A stretch of DNA of 61,714 nt, filler included, from Hausera hauseri (lineage: Eukaryota): NCBI GenBank assembly GCA_046269625.1. It is 11 parts of 11 records of this genome, joined end to end, with 100 filler letters (N's around TTAATTAATTAA, not from the genome) between each part and the next. Parts side by side here need not be neighbours in the genome. Positions count along the whole stretch, not along the records: positions 11,582 to 16,700 come from JBJURY010330160.1; positions 16,801 to 23,008 come from JBJURY010125873.1; positions 23,109 to 27,843 come from JBJURY010456690.1; 8 more parts are not named here. The stretch is one strand, 5' to 3'. The stretch's first letter is position 1; each line of letters begins with the position of its first letter. Below, piece by piece: positions 12,502 to 25,273 of this stretch. The notes under the pieces are model-generated. The model was not told where the DNA came from, ran no database searches, and saw only the letters and a list, made by a program, of their open reading frames with translations. The position numbers and the translations under genes are program-made.

Positions 12502-13200
12502 CAGGGGACCACTTAAACCTCGCCAGGCAGTGAAAAATTAAATAATTTACTGAACATGGAAGTAAGTGTCTTTATTTAAGCGTAGACAAATAGGAACTAA
12601 TATGTGAACAGTCAGAATCCGGTGTCAGATATTCGAGAACAACTGTACAAGTCGAATAATTACCGAGTCAAACTTGACAACTCGATGAACGGTATATTTT
12701 TCTGATAATTATAATTTGATGACTTCAATAGATTCCCCGTATGCCAAAACCTAGTGTGGCAGAACAATAGACTCGACTAAATCATCCAAATAAATGTAAT
12801 TGTTTTAAAAATGAAATAAAACATTAAAAATAAAATAAATTTTATGTATGTCCAGCATTGGAAATCTCAGGTGCTTTATGAGTAGTGGGAGCGGCTCTTG
12901 GCAACCCACAGGCGATCCTTTCAAGCGTTGGGGCTCACGTCTCATGGTCAACAAAGACCTCACCAGCACCGGCCTCTCGTGATCCTCGGTACTTGCCTGT
13001 TAGGATGTTTTTGTCACTGCAAGCGGTGTCTATTGGAAGTTTACACAACCGTCAAATTTCTGAACAATCGGAGATGAAGCAATCGTCTTGTTGAAAAAAA
13101 TACGTATATAGTACGAGTCCCATCATCACAGAGCTTCTCTCCGCCCGGGACGCAATGTTGGCTGCACAATCATCATCATGGTTCCACAACTGAAGGGGGC
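12502..13200 (-). mobile_element. Possible Tc1/mariner remnant
   Basis: TA|CAGGGG terminus at 12502 and a minus-strand FFQQD motif near 13080-13100; second TIR not seen. Confidence 0.3.
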
Positions 13201-13739
13201 TTTAGTCATAAATCAGCTGTTACCAGAATGCACTGCGAGAAAGTGAAGAGAGGTCTTAATCGGTGTGTTAATGTGAAAGACTACTATAATAATATATTCA
13301 AAGCACTAATTCCTTAACATATTTACTTAAAACTACAGTTTTAAAGATTGATCAAAACAAAATAAAAATATACCTTTCCATCTAAGCAGATTGACTATTT
13401 TATTTTCAAAAGATTATTCAATCAGTTCCATCAATTCTATTATATTTTCATGGATACATATGCACATACACGTACACATGCACACATACTTGCATATGAT
13501 TATACACATACATATTTTCTCCAAATTTTTCCGTCTCCACGAACGCTCACGAGGGTTGTGTTGTATTGGTTAAGCATAATATTAACTTTCATGTCTCACG
13601 TGCATTACATTTTCAATCGTGGTTCCCTTTTTAGGCAGACTTCACACAGACAAATTTGACATAATAAACAAAACATTATATGTACAATGTATCTATAAGA
13701 TGGTAGGTGTATGAGATAAGAGACTTAGGAGTTTGTATG

Positions 13740-16250
13740 GACCAAAATATTGAGGTCTAAAATCCGAAGACGATTGATCCTTCAGCCACACAAACTTGCC
13801 GAACTATAAATTGTTCGGAATGTACGATTTGTTATTGTTAACGAGACGGCAGAACGAGTCTGAGCTGACCTTGAAGACGTGAGAGTGTGCCGCACGATTG
13901 TTTTTGTGTGACGGATTGTCGTCGAGGTCGTAAAGTTAAATAGAATCCGTATTGAAGTCCCAAAAACGGCCTCGGATGGAGCACAACCGGTAGTGGTTGA
14001 GGGTGTGCGCGCCACCTTGGTAGATCAAATGGTAGAATGGACGTCCATTTACGATGATTGTCAGCCAAGATTTTTAAAGAAATTTTCTTTGTTCGATGGA
14101 ACCTTTCAAGGAGGTCATTCGCTTTAGGCCTGCAAGAAGCACGATCCATCATGGTAAGAATATGTTGATGCTCGTTGTCAGAAGGTAAGGGGCCAACGAG
14201 ATAAAGATGACTTATATGAAAACGTGATGTACATGGGAAATGGTAAAGTGGCGGTTTAAGTTGTTTACTGATTTTGTATTTCTGACAGGCTACGCATTTT
14301 TTAACCCATCCTTGTACATCCTTGCTCATTGATGGCCAAACTACATGAGGATGAAGCAGGCGACAGTTGCTTTTGAACTAGGATGATTGAGTGAATGTGT
14401 ATGAAGGAAAGCTGGCTTTTGTGAAGGTGGAGTTAGAATGATCTTTTTATTACCGAAGGTCGACGTATCATGCAATGCCATCAATGATATCAAAGGATTT
14501 GAAGGAGCTAAGGAGGTCGGCAGATGTTGATTGGGTTTTAAGACTTCTGATGAGAAAATTGACTCAACTGTAATGGAGCCAACCGACCTCGACAGAAAAT
14601 TTGGGACTAAATTATCTGTACCTGAAATGTATTCTAAAACAAAACTGAATGTAGATATGTATGATATATGTCATTCTTGCCTCGGTGATGGCTGTTTTGA
14701 CGAGATTATATGTAGGAGAGGCTTGTGGTCGGCTTGAATAACGAATGGACGAGAAAAGTAGGTGTTTGAATTGTTTTACTGCCAGAACTATGGCGAGTAA
14801 CTTACGTCCAAATGTAGAGTAACGGCTTTCGGGTTGTGAGTTTTCGGGAGTAAAATTCTAATGGTTCGTCGATGCCGTTAGAAATCTAGTGTAGAACCGC
14901 ACGGATGGCTGTGGTAGAGGCATCGGTGGTAAGTATAAAGTCTGCATTGGGCTTTGGATAGGCCAATATTTCGACCGTTTTTAGGCCTTCACCAAAGTGA
15001 TCAAATTTGGTAACTAAATCAGGAGTCCAGTGGATCAACTGCCTATTTTTTCCAGATGATAGATGTGCTAAAGGTGCTGTAAACTCAGAATAATGTCGTA
15101 CGTATTTGTGGATAAAGTGGAATGTGCCTAAGAAACTCCTCATATCCGTAGTAGTTGTTGGAAGTGTTGTCTTTCAATTGCTGTAATCGATCCGGTTGTG
15201 GAGTGGCCGTGGAGTGATGATGTGGCCTACGAAATTGACGTTTTTGAAAAAAATGATCCTTGGAGAAATTGGCTTGTAAATTTCTGTGATGTAGTCTTTG
15301 AAATGTAATACGGAGGTGTTCTTGATTTTGTTTAACCGAGGTGGAGGCAACTAATATGTCATCAACGTATGGATGAGCAAAGTCCAGGCTTGAGAGAACG
15401 GTATCAATGTGTCGTTGAAAAGTTTGGGAAGCGCTACGTAAGCCAAATGTCATAAAGATGTACTCATAGAGACCAAATGGAGTAATAACAGCAGTTTTTG
15501 GAATGCCATCAGGTGCAACCTGAATTTGATGGTAAGCTTTATGCAAATCAATTGTAGAATACGTATTAGTATTGGTTAGATTGTGCTGGATGTCCTTTAT
15601 GAGAGGTAAAGGGTAAGCATCTAGAGATACTAGGTTGTTGAACTGCCAGTAGTCACCACATGGTCTGTAAGTGCCATCTTTGCTACTACATGTAATGGTG
15701 AAACCCATGGTGATTTTGATCTTCCAATAATAGCGGACGTTTCGAGTTCATTGAACTCTAATTCAATGGCTTTTCGTCTACGAGGTGACAGTGGTCTGAA
15801 CTTTTGTCTGATAGGTCTTTGGTGTTCTGTGACTATGTGGTGATAAGTTGTAGAAGGCGGCTTGAAACTGACGCCCTTTTTGAGGTTGCGGAAGAAGGAT
15901 GTTGTGATATAAGATTTAAGACTGGAGTCCAGCGATAAGAAAGAAGGGGGCATATTATTGGAAGAGTCAGTGGCTGTAATTGACGTGGAATGATTGAACA
16001 CGCCATTAATAACATTCGGTTCAACCGATTGTTTAAAATTGACTTGCTCTCGCTTGATGTAATTGAAAATATGGATAAATTGTTGAACGTATTGTTATCG
16101 GCGGAAGAACAGCATGTTAAATTCACATGTGAATGAAAAGGAAGGCAAGAAAGTGTCCGACTGTTTGACTGTCGGGCCTTTATTGATATCTACAACGGGG
16201 TTTCTGCGCAAGAGACATCCGTGCTTACAGTCGACTAAGAAATCATGAGC
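13740..16250 (-). pseudogene. pol: Ty3/Gypsy pol (PR end-RT-RNaseH-IN), disrupted
   Basis: SPWVSPLHVV, YRPCGDY, YPLP, DLHKAYHQI, KTAVITPFGLYEY, FGLRSASQTFQR, YVDDILVAS, LTTDAS, CVACQ, LLERFHRT. Confidence 0.92.
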
Positions 16251-16451
16251 AATTCTCGTATTCCGCTCCATCACTTCATCTTCAGCGAACACCGACACGA
16301 TCCCATCCGCCAACAACCTGCGAAATTGGTTCCCAAGATTTGTCACCCGTTCCAATTCATCCGTATATATTTTCCGATCCTGCTCTATTCTATGCTGCGC
16401 CACCAAATTATAGAGCTCGAAAAGTTTCATGGCATACATTCGATTAGCCAT
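16251..16451 (-). CDS. Unassigned host-like exon joined in frame to the pol remnant
   Basis: Pyrimidine tract and AG acceptor at 16452-16453, then 67 codons unlike pol, then HDFLVD. Confidence 0.3.
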
Positions 16452-16700
16452 CTAAAATGAAACAAATATAATGTTACACAAACACACACACACAATGTTT
16501 TAAAGAAAAAAGAATGCCGTTACTCCGTGTTATAGAAATTATGTATTCAATATAAAAAGTGCTTAAAAAAAAGCTTTTAAAAGCAATCTTAAATACATCT
16601 TTAAAATCACAATTTATTGTCAAATTTTCATGCTAAAGAAACACATGCTCAAAAAAGACAGAGAAAAGAAAACTGACATATTCTGACTGTAAAATTTTGG

Positions 16701-16800
16701 NNNNNNNNNNNNNNNNNNNNNNNNNNNNNNNNNNNNNNNNNNNNTTAATTAATTAANNNNNNNNNNNNNNNNNNNNNNNNNNNNNNNNNNNNNNNNNNNN
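16701..16800. other. Artificial contig linker
   Basis: 44N-TTAATTAATTAA-44N. Confidence 0.99.
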
Positions 16801-16830
16801 TACATGTGATTTATAACAGTAACTCGATTT

Positions 16831-17493
16831 TCAATTAACGTGTATATGTTTTTCTGATTCCATCGAAGTTGAGACGATGATTTCATTCATCCCAGCACCG
16901 CCACCGATTACCATTTCGAAAAGGCTTTCAAATGGGCCCGAGCTAAGAAATTCCCGAAATACAGCATTTGGGTCTTTATCGACTATTGGCAAAGCACTTC
17001 GCACCAATAACTTCTGACGATGTTTTCTTCCATTGCAATGCTGCTTTGGGATTTCGGCATTGTTGAACACGGATCCACATAAATAACATCGATCATCGTC
17101 CATTTTGTCTGATTCATTTACCACAAGCCTTCCACCAATGCGAGCAATTCGATTGTAAATGTTACAGTACAGATTGTCCAATTTTTTAAGTGATCTGGTC
17201 GCAATTTTGGATCAAAATACCAAACATCTTCATCACCGAAAAATCCCATCCGTCGTTTGTTTCTTACCACTGTAATGAGCAATACAGATATTCAATGAAT
17301 TTAGCGATGTCAAGCAATATGCAAAATATGACTGTCGATGCAACACTCGTAAATTTGAAGGAATTCGAACGTAATCATCTAATTCTTCAATAATGCCATC
17401 AAAAGAGGCTTTAGATTTACGACTAAAACTCATAATTGTTAAAGCGAAATCTGTAAAAAAATGTAACAAAGCAGAATTTTCAAGTTTGTCCAA
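16831..17493 (-). pseudogene. Matrin/U1-type C2H2 zinc-finger protein (ZMAT/ZNF385-like), disrupted
   Basis: CYLCGSVFNNAEIPKQHCNGRKH plus a damaged finger YCLTSLNSLNICIAHYSGKK; frameshifts between them. Confidence 0.65.
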
Positions 17494-17793
17494 AATTTAT
17501 TGTTTATTAAAACTGTTTATTTTTTGATAACATAAGACGCCTATATTTAAGTGCGCAAGTACCACAAATACAACGACGAGAAATAGAAATTACTAATATT
17601 ATGTATAAATGTGAGTATAAAGTAACATGGAAAACATACGCAATGAAGAAACAATACTGAACTAAATATGACAACAACGACAAAGTGCATCAGTCCAATA
17701 GAATAAACGTGCATTTGTTTTCTAAGAGGAAATTTTCTTTTCAATCGTTACAGATTATCAAATGAGATCGCAGTGTCCACAAAAATCCCATTT

Positions 17794-18688
17794 CTAGTGA
17801 CGCTTGCGATTGGACATTTCTTCAGCTTGGTGTTCATCATCATTACAAATCTTGTCATCGTCCATTTTACAATGTTCCGAACATTCATCAGTATCGTGAT
17901 TATTCCCAGTCCCATCTGCGTCCTTTGATTTATCGGTGGATCTACCCAATCCATTGGGTTTACGACTCTTCGACATTTCAAATTAGATCTTCAAAAGGAA
18001 TGAATGGGTCTCTGATACCGTCAAGCAATACCGATACTCTAAAATATGTTAGAAAAGCAGAGCTGCTAAAAACAATTGACTCGATCCAATAGGGATCTTT
18101 TGCAATTTTTCCATTAAAAGCATGATTGCGACTGCCAAACTTCCTTTAACGTTATAGCTGGGTGAAGGTAGAAAATTGTTAACACTCGTCACAACACCCA
18201 TACACGCTTGTGAGAATGGAATCATTGCATCTTCTACGGTACCTTTCGCCAGGCCAATTAATAACCAAACAAGAGTTGAGTTGGAGTATTTTTCTTTTTT
18301 ATTGTCACCCTGAATCCGATATGCACATTTCTTGCCCGATAAAGTTCTTTCACCAAACTCAAACAAATCATTCGCAAAAAGGATACAATTTTGAATACAA
18401 TGTCAAAAGGAAAATAATTGACTAGGTACCAAGAAAATGTCGCATGGATGACATTTTGATGACAAGTGCTTCACCGACCAACAAATTTAATGACACCAAA
18501 CCTGCAAAACACGACAATATCGTTGCAAACCAACTAGCAAGAGGATGTTGTCAGGAAAATGCTTTATTCCCCGGAGCAATCTGTCATACGTTGTAACTTA
18601 TTAACAAATAATGGCATACATTTATATAAGGGCATAATTCGATTGTGTCTGAAATTAACGCTAAAGTTGTTAGAAATTTTCCATCCAT
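17794..18688 (-). pseudogene. TMEM38: TRIC cation channel (TMEM38) pseudogene, no introns seen
   Basis: AFS*QHPLASWFATILSCFAG..LLVGE, WYLVNYFPFDIVFKI, KELYRAR, IGLAKG, PSYNVK, DPFIPFE; two TGA stops at Arg positions plus frameshifts. Confidence 0.85.
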
Positions 18689-18948
18689 TTTTGCATTAAG
18701 ATCTAACTATATTGTTGTAAATCGCTAATCGAGTGTGCAAAATGTGTTAAAAGTACGGCGTACGTAGCAGTACACGTATTCAGTCACTTGTTCACACGAC
18801 GACTTTGAATGTTTCACTGATTGCAGAACAGTCCGAATTTGATAATTGCGTCAGGAAAAAACAAATTAATCTGAACAGATTCATACGAGAAAATTTAGAT
18901 AGCAAAGTCCATTTTAATGAAGATTTAACAATTGTCTAAACTTTAGCA

Positions 18949-19103
18949 TGTTGCATTCGGAGGTAGAGAAAATAATGACGAGTGAGTGAGGTGAAACAGG
19001 TGTAAGTTGGAAAGCACGCTTATGGGCCCAACGCTGCGGAAACAAACGCCCGGCCGTCCCCGACCAAATGGGCCAATGGGAACCGGCCGCTGTGGGCACC
19101 ACA
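18949..19103 (-). mobile_element. Probable short 3' LTR of the C4 Gypsy element
   Basis: TGTGG...GCAACA on the minus strand just after the PPT; only one copy visible. Confidence 0.5.
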
Positions 19104-19107
19104 TCAA

Positions 19108-19120
19108 CCCTCGCCTCCCC
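19108..19120 (-). promoter_or_regulatory. Polypurine tract
   Basis: ggggaggcgaggg on the minus strand after the integrase tail; equivalent to 51829-51841. Confidence 0.65.
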
Positions 19121-19194
19121 GCGTGGGAAAGCGAAAACCATAAAGATCAAAATGCACGGAAAGAAAAAATCGCTAAATGAAAAGTGTCTGTGTA

Positions 19195-22100
19195 AGTTGG
19201 TCTTAGTGTGAACAAGACGTTGGGTGCTTTCTACTGATTTTTCCCTGCCATACTTGCTAAATGTGACTCTGCGCGTTTTGTCTTTATTCGATGTTTGCTT
19301 GCAGAGTATGAATTTGGGAAAACAAGTTGTCGGATTTTTTTGAGTGTTGTGTCGTGCGAAGATGAGTCAAAATAAGTAGAGGAAGGTGAAGGAGGAAGAG
19401 AGATTGTCAAAGACGGATGGTTAAAGGTATTCAAGAGAGTGTTAGAAGACGAAGAAATGATAAAAGGTGTAGTGGCGAGTGAAAGAGGAGACGAAAAGTA
19501 GCGCAGAAATTGAAATTGTATTATGTGAAAAGGTAGAAGTAGAGGATGAAACAGAGGTAGTGGTAGAAAGAGGAAGAGATAGGGATAGGAGTGGAGAGAG
19601 AAGGAAGTTGCGATGCGGAAACGAAAGCGGTAAAGACGATGTGTGATGAGAGAAGTAAGCGAGCGCGGAAGATGAGGAAGGTGTGGAAAAAGAGAAAGAC
19701 GGTCAAGAGGAATAAAGCGCAAAACAGCAAGAGAATGAAGAAGGCGAAGGAAAGTAGTTGGAAGGTGGTATGCAAGAGGTTAGAATGATGAAAGCGGTAG
19801 ATAGAGATTGGTGAAGTTGAAGTGGTGTTTGGCGGAGGAGGTCTTGCAATGCGAGAAAGCAGGTTGTCACAAGGGGATCAAAGAGATGTGAAAATGCTTG
19901 AAGGTGCAAAATCGGATGAGGAAAGAGGCTGAACTGTCAGAAAAATTGAAGCAGAAGTCTGTGAGAAAATGTAGGGGAAAGTAGGTTAAAAAATTGAGTA
20001 GAGATGGAAGGTGAATTGTTGGATTGTTGCGCGTCGAGTAAAGATGTTGGTGCAGAAGTGGTTTCGATGGGAGACGTATCGTCAATGAAAAAAGCCGACT
20101 TAGCGTTGTTGATGTGGACTGTTACTTCTTTGTCGTCTTTGAGAATGATGTTGTGAGAGTGTAAGCGAATTACTTTGTAAGTGCCGACATATTGAGGTTG
20201 AAAACCGCACGGCGTCTGATTCTTTAGCCATACGAACTTGGCAGTGTATAAATCGTCGGGTATGCAAGGCTTGTTTCCTTGTAGTAAAATACAAAATGAG
20301 TCTTTGCTGATCTCAACGAAGTGTGTCTGGGCCGCTTGCATGGTTTCGTCTGTAGAAATATTATCCAGCTCAATCAGCTCGAATAATGGTCTGATAAAAG
20401 TACCAAATAATGCTTCTGCAGTTGAACAGCCTGTAGACGTAGATGGTGTGTTCCGCGAGCCAAGCAGAACGTACAAAAGCGTGGTCCAACTGCCATTGGA
20501 CTCAGCAACAATTTTAAGAGACGCTTTCATTGTTCGGTGAAAGCGTTAGAGAAAGCCATTCGATTGAGTATATGGTGACGTGTGAATGTGGTTATTTCCA
20601 AATCGATTGACAAGAGCTTTAAACAGGTTGGATTAGAACTGTGGACCTTAATCCGAAATGATGTGGCGAGGTGATCCAAACCTACTGATCCAAGTGCGGA
20701 TGAAAACGTCTGCGATTGTTTCTGTGTTGGTGCTCCGAAGCGGGACAGCTTCTGGCCATCGCAAGGAACGGTCCATCATTGTGAGGATGAACTGATGACC
20801 ATTTTCTAAGGGTAGTGCGCTTACAAGGTCAAAGTGCACAGATTCAAAACGAGACGTGCAGGGAAAATGATATAGTGATGGCTTTAAATACTTAGTAACT
20901 TTGTATTTTTGGCATGCCGCACACTACCTAACCCATGCCTGCAAGTCAAAGCGCATCGACGGCCATACTACTTGGCGTTGTAAGAGTCAAAAAGTAACCT
21001 GGGCACTAGGGTAATGCAACGAATGGATGTTGTTGAACGCTACCTTTTGAAGCGATTCAGAAAGGATGACTTTAGCATTATTAGGTTTGGAGGTGTCAAA
21101 GGACACACCGTCGATGGTTTTGCAAGATTTAAGAGATTTAAGGACGTCAGAAGGTGGCTGGTTTTGTTAAAATTGGGATAGAGGGAAAAGTGCTGTAAAA
21201 TCAATCAAGCTAACCGATCGGGACAAAAAGTCAGAGGATAAATTGTCGACTTCTTTTAGGTGCTTAATTTCCCAATTAAATGTGGACAAATACGATATTT
21301 GCCTCTCATGACGTGGAGCAGGCGATTCCATGGTGAGAATTAAAAGGAAGGGCTTCTGTTCCGCTTGTATTGTAAATATTCGTGCGATTAGCAGATGCTT
21401 AAAATGTTTTACAGCAAGGACCATTGCAAGCAACTCTCTGTTAAAGGTGGAATATCTTATCTCTTGTGCCGTGAATTTACGAGAGAAGAATTCTAATGGC
21501 TCATGGGATCCATTTTTGACTTGATAAAGGACAACACCTGCAGTTGTTGTGGATGCGTTGGTGGTTAAGAAAAGTTCTGCATGGCAGTTTGGATAGGCCA
21601 GGATTTCCACAGTTTTCAAATTGTCTTTGAGACGATCGAAAGCACTGACTAGCTTGGCGGTCCAACAAATAGGCTGCTTTTTCTTTCCAGAGCTTAGTAA
21701 TGCAAATGGAGCGGTTAGAGTTGAATAGTGTGATATATACTTATGAATAAAGTACAAGATTCCGAGGAAAGAACTCATCTCTGTTGATGTACGTGGTAGC
21801 TGTATGTTTTTGAGCTGTGTAATGCGCTCTGGATGAGGTGAATATCCGGAAGAGCTAATTACATGTCCTAGGAAGTTGACCTTATGTTGAAGAAAGAGCA
21901 TTTGGAGAAATTAATTTGCAAATATTTTAGTGAAAGCGCTGGAAGATTAAACATAAGTGCTCGGAGTGTTGTTTCGAGGAAGATTATGCAATTAGGATAT
22001 CATTGAGATAGGGATAATCAAATTCTAAACCTGAGAGAACTGTATCAATATGTCTTTGGAAGGTCTGGGAAGCGCTACGTAGTCCAAAAGGCATGAAAAG

Positions 22101-23008
22101 GTATTCGAAAAAAAACGAAAGATGTAATGACAGCCGTTTTCGGAATGTCTGCTGGGGCCAACGGAATTTGGTGGTATGCTTTGTGCAAATCAATGCACGA
22201 AAAAATGGTCGAACCATGGAGCCTGTCAAGGATATCGTTGATTAATGGTAGAGGCTAGGTATCCATTGTTGTTATGATGTTGAGTTGGCGGTAATCACCG
22301 CATGGGCGAAAAGTACCATCTTTTTGGAACCACATGCAGTGGTAAAGACCATGGAGATTTTTCAAGGTCGAGAAACTCAACCTCCACTGCCTGCCTGCGG
22401 CGAGGCGATAGCGGGCGGACTTTTCGACGTTTTGGTCTTTGATGTGCTGTTACTATGTGATGGAAGGTAGCTTTAGGTGGTACGAATGATTTGTCCTTCT
22501 GCAACAGACGTGTGCAGAAAAACGAAATATATTGCTGTAAGTCAGAGAGCAACGATGAAAAGTTTTCACATGGTGTTGATTCATCGTGACTGGATGCAGT
22601 TGAGGTAGGAACTGTAGACGAGGTGTTGTGACAAGGTGGTATTAGGTACAAAATGTTTGTGTTGAAGATGATGTTGGCAGCTGTACTATCAGTAATGGGT
22701 GCTAATTTGATTAAAAATTTTTCCGCTCTTTAAGGACCATCGTTTGCAGTCAACAGGTAAATTATAGTGAGACAGAAAGCCTGAACCCAATATAGGTGTG
22801 CGTACATTGGCTACTGTAAATTTCAAAGTGAATGTGTTTGGGAAATTTGGAAGTGTAAAAGTTAATTTAGTAGCACCAAAAGTTTGTAAAGGTTCACCGG
22901 ACGCAGTGAACAGTTGCTTTTTTGAAGTGAAATTGTTTTGAATATGATGTGTTGGTGGTAGTAAAAAGATTGCTGCGCAAGTGTCTATGAAAAAATTAAT
23001 GTTTTGCT
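19195..23008 (-). pseudogene. pol: Ty3/Gypsy pol (PR-RT-RNaseH-IN plus long S/P/T-rich tail), disrupted
   Basis: FFIDTCA protease, MPFGLRSASQTFQR, YLNDILIA, FLGH, TNAS, YSTFNRELLA, WPEAVPL, WISRFGSP; close relative of 50561-51726 and 13740-16250. Confidence 0.92.
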
Positions 23009-23108
23009 NNNNNNNNNNNNNNNNNNNNNNNNNNNNNNNNNNNNNNNNNNNNTTAATTAATTAANNNNNNNNNNNNNNNNNNNNNNNNNNNNNNNNNNNN
23101 NNNNNNNN
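23009..23108. other. Artificial contig linker
   Basis: 44N-TTAATTAATTAA-44N. Confidence 0.99.
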
Positions 23109-23126
23109 CAACGAAATAAAAACAAC

Positions 23127-23579
<453 letters not shown>

Positions 23580-23682
23580 TCATAAAATAAACATTGGGTT
23601 AATGTAAAGTTCTATGGAATAAATTCTTCAGGGATTTAATTTAAGCAATAAATCACAAAAGATTGTACAAAAATGCCTATTT

Positions 23683-25262
23683 AAATTTACCAGGTCAAAC
23701 CCATGGTGCCCTATTTCCACTTCAGACACAAAATACAACTGCAAAGTTTTAGGTTTCTACCTCATCATTTAGAGGTCGCTCCAGTTTGTACCTTTTTGCA
23801 CCATGAATATTTCATTTTGATGATTCACATTTATTTTGACTAATACAACAGATATAATTATCGACATTATAGTGTAGTAATAACATATGTATTAGAAACA
23901 ACAGCGTTTAGTATCCCACATAAATGATATTCGGTGAAAGCGTCCTTTGAACCGCAAGTAATGTCCTTCTGATGTTGTCGCACAACAGTCAGAATATACT
24001 GCTTCTGTTTCTCGTACTGTGGTAAGATCGAGTTCAATTATGTTCCGAGAGAGATTGCTTTTTTGGCACAATCATTGATGACTGTCATCCTATCACAGAA
24101 TGTCTTGAACCGTATGTAGGTAGGGTCTTCATTCCAGTCTTCAGGTTTCTTGTGCAAAAACGATCAGCCAGCACTACACCATCTGGGAAAAGCGGTGCAA
24201 AAATTCTCATGGTCTTTGATGTTACAAATTCATTTGGTGACCGCCGAGAACAAAAATTCTTTCCATCGAGTCTCTTAATACCTTTTTTCTTTGGAGGTTT
24301 CTGCAGGTTCTGTACCATGGCATTTTTCAATGTGACATCGATCCTTTCATCGAAAAAAGCTAAACCGACTAACTCCTCTGACATGTACCACAGGTGCCGC
24401 TTCCAAGCTGTTAATGTTGTCTCTTTAAGGCTTCGCTCCGATAAACCGTTCTGAAGACGGCACATAAAGAAGCATATTTAACTATCATAGCTTCATTCCA
24501 CTACCTAACATAGACGAGAGCCACAAACAGGCCGCCACTGCGCATTGTATGCTTCTCTATGACAGTCATTTGAAACTGATCCTTGAAGAGATATATCTTT
24601 AGAGCATAGATTGCTTTGGTCATCCATATGGCTTGATGGAACTCATTAGGCGTTCGGGTCATGACAGAACCATCTGAAACTTCTGCCAATGATAGGAAAG
24701 CTAGTTGAAGTTCGGTGTGATCTTTTCTGGGATGGGGTTTCTGTTGCAACGCGGACTTCAGATAGTTGACTGCTGATGTATTCATCTCTGCTAGGTCACC
24801 ATTTTCCAAGAATCGTTGCGCAAGATCTTCATCCTCAGTGACGCCAGACCATTGGGATTTGTCATTTAGTTTTTAGCTCTCGTGAAAGCGAACAGTGAGC
24901 TGAACATTTGATCCTGTACATGTACCATAAGCCTCAGCGAAAGCGTTACTCAAGGCGATTTCATAAACATGATACTATAAATAGACTGGGTGTGAGTGGC
25001 TAATGTTTGCTGCAGCAGCAGCAGCAGTGAGCAATGTAGTGACGCGTGCTTGGTGGCCTGCATAGTGCAACAGTACAATAGGACACATTACATGTTATTT
25101 CAGTACGACTTGCAATTGTTTACAAAGGCTGAAATTTGGAGCGACCTCTAAATATTATCCAATGGTCTTCAAATTTTTAGTGTTTGCTTACTTTGTTAAT
25201 TGTAATAAGGGCATCATGTGTCTAATTCAGTGAAATTTTATTAGTAACTGTGGACCACCCTA
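23683..25262 (-). mobile_element. hATm-like DNA transposon, internally deleted, probably inside a SELENOO intron
   Basis: Transposase motifs HQAIWMTKAIYALK, HLWYMSEELVGLAFFD, NDCAK; imperfect ~100-bp TIRs with core tttagaggtcgctcca (23768 and 25137); right end ...GGACCACCCTA. Confidence 0.75.
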
Positions 25263-25273
25263 ATATTATATAT

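Noticed and set aside
13455-13515. His-rich ORF (HMHIHVHMHT)
   Set aside because: Translation of a degenerate CA/TA microsatellite
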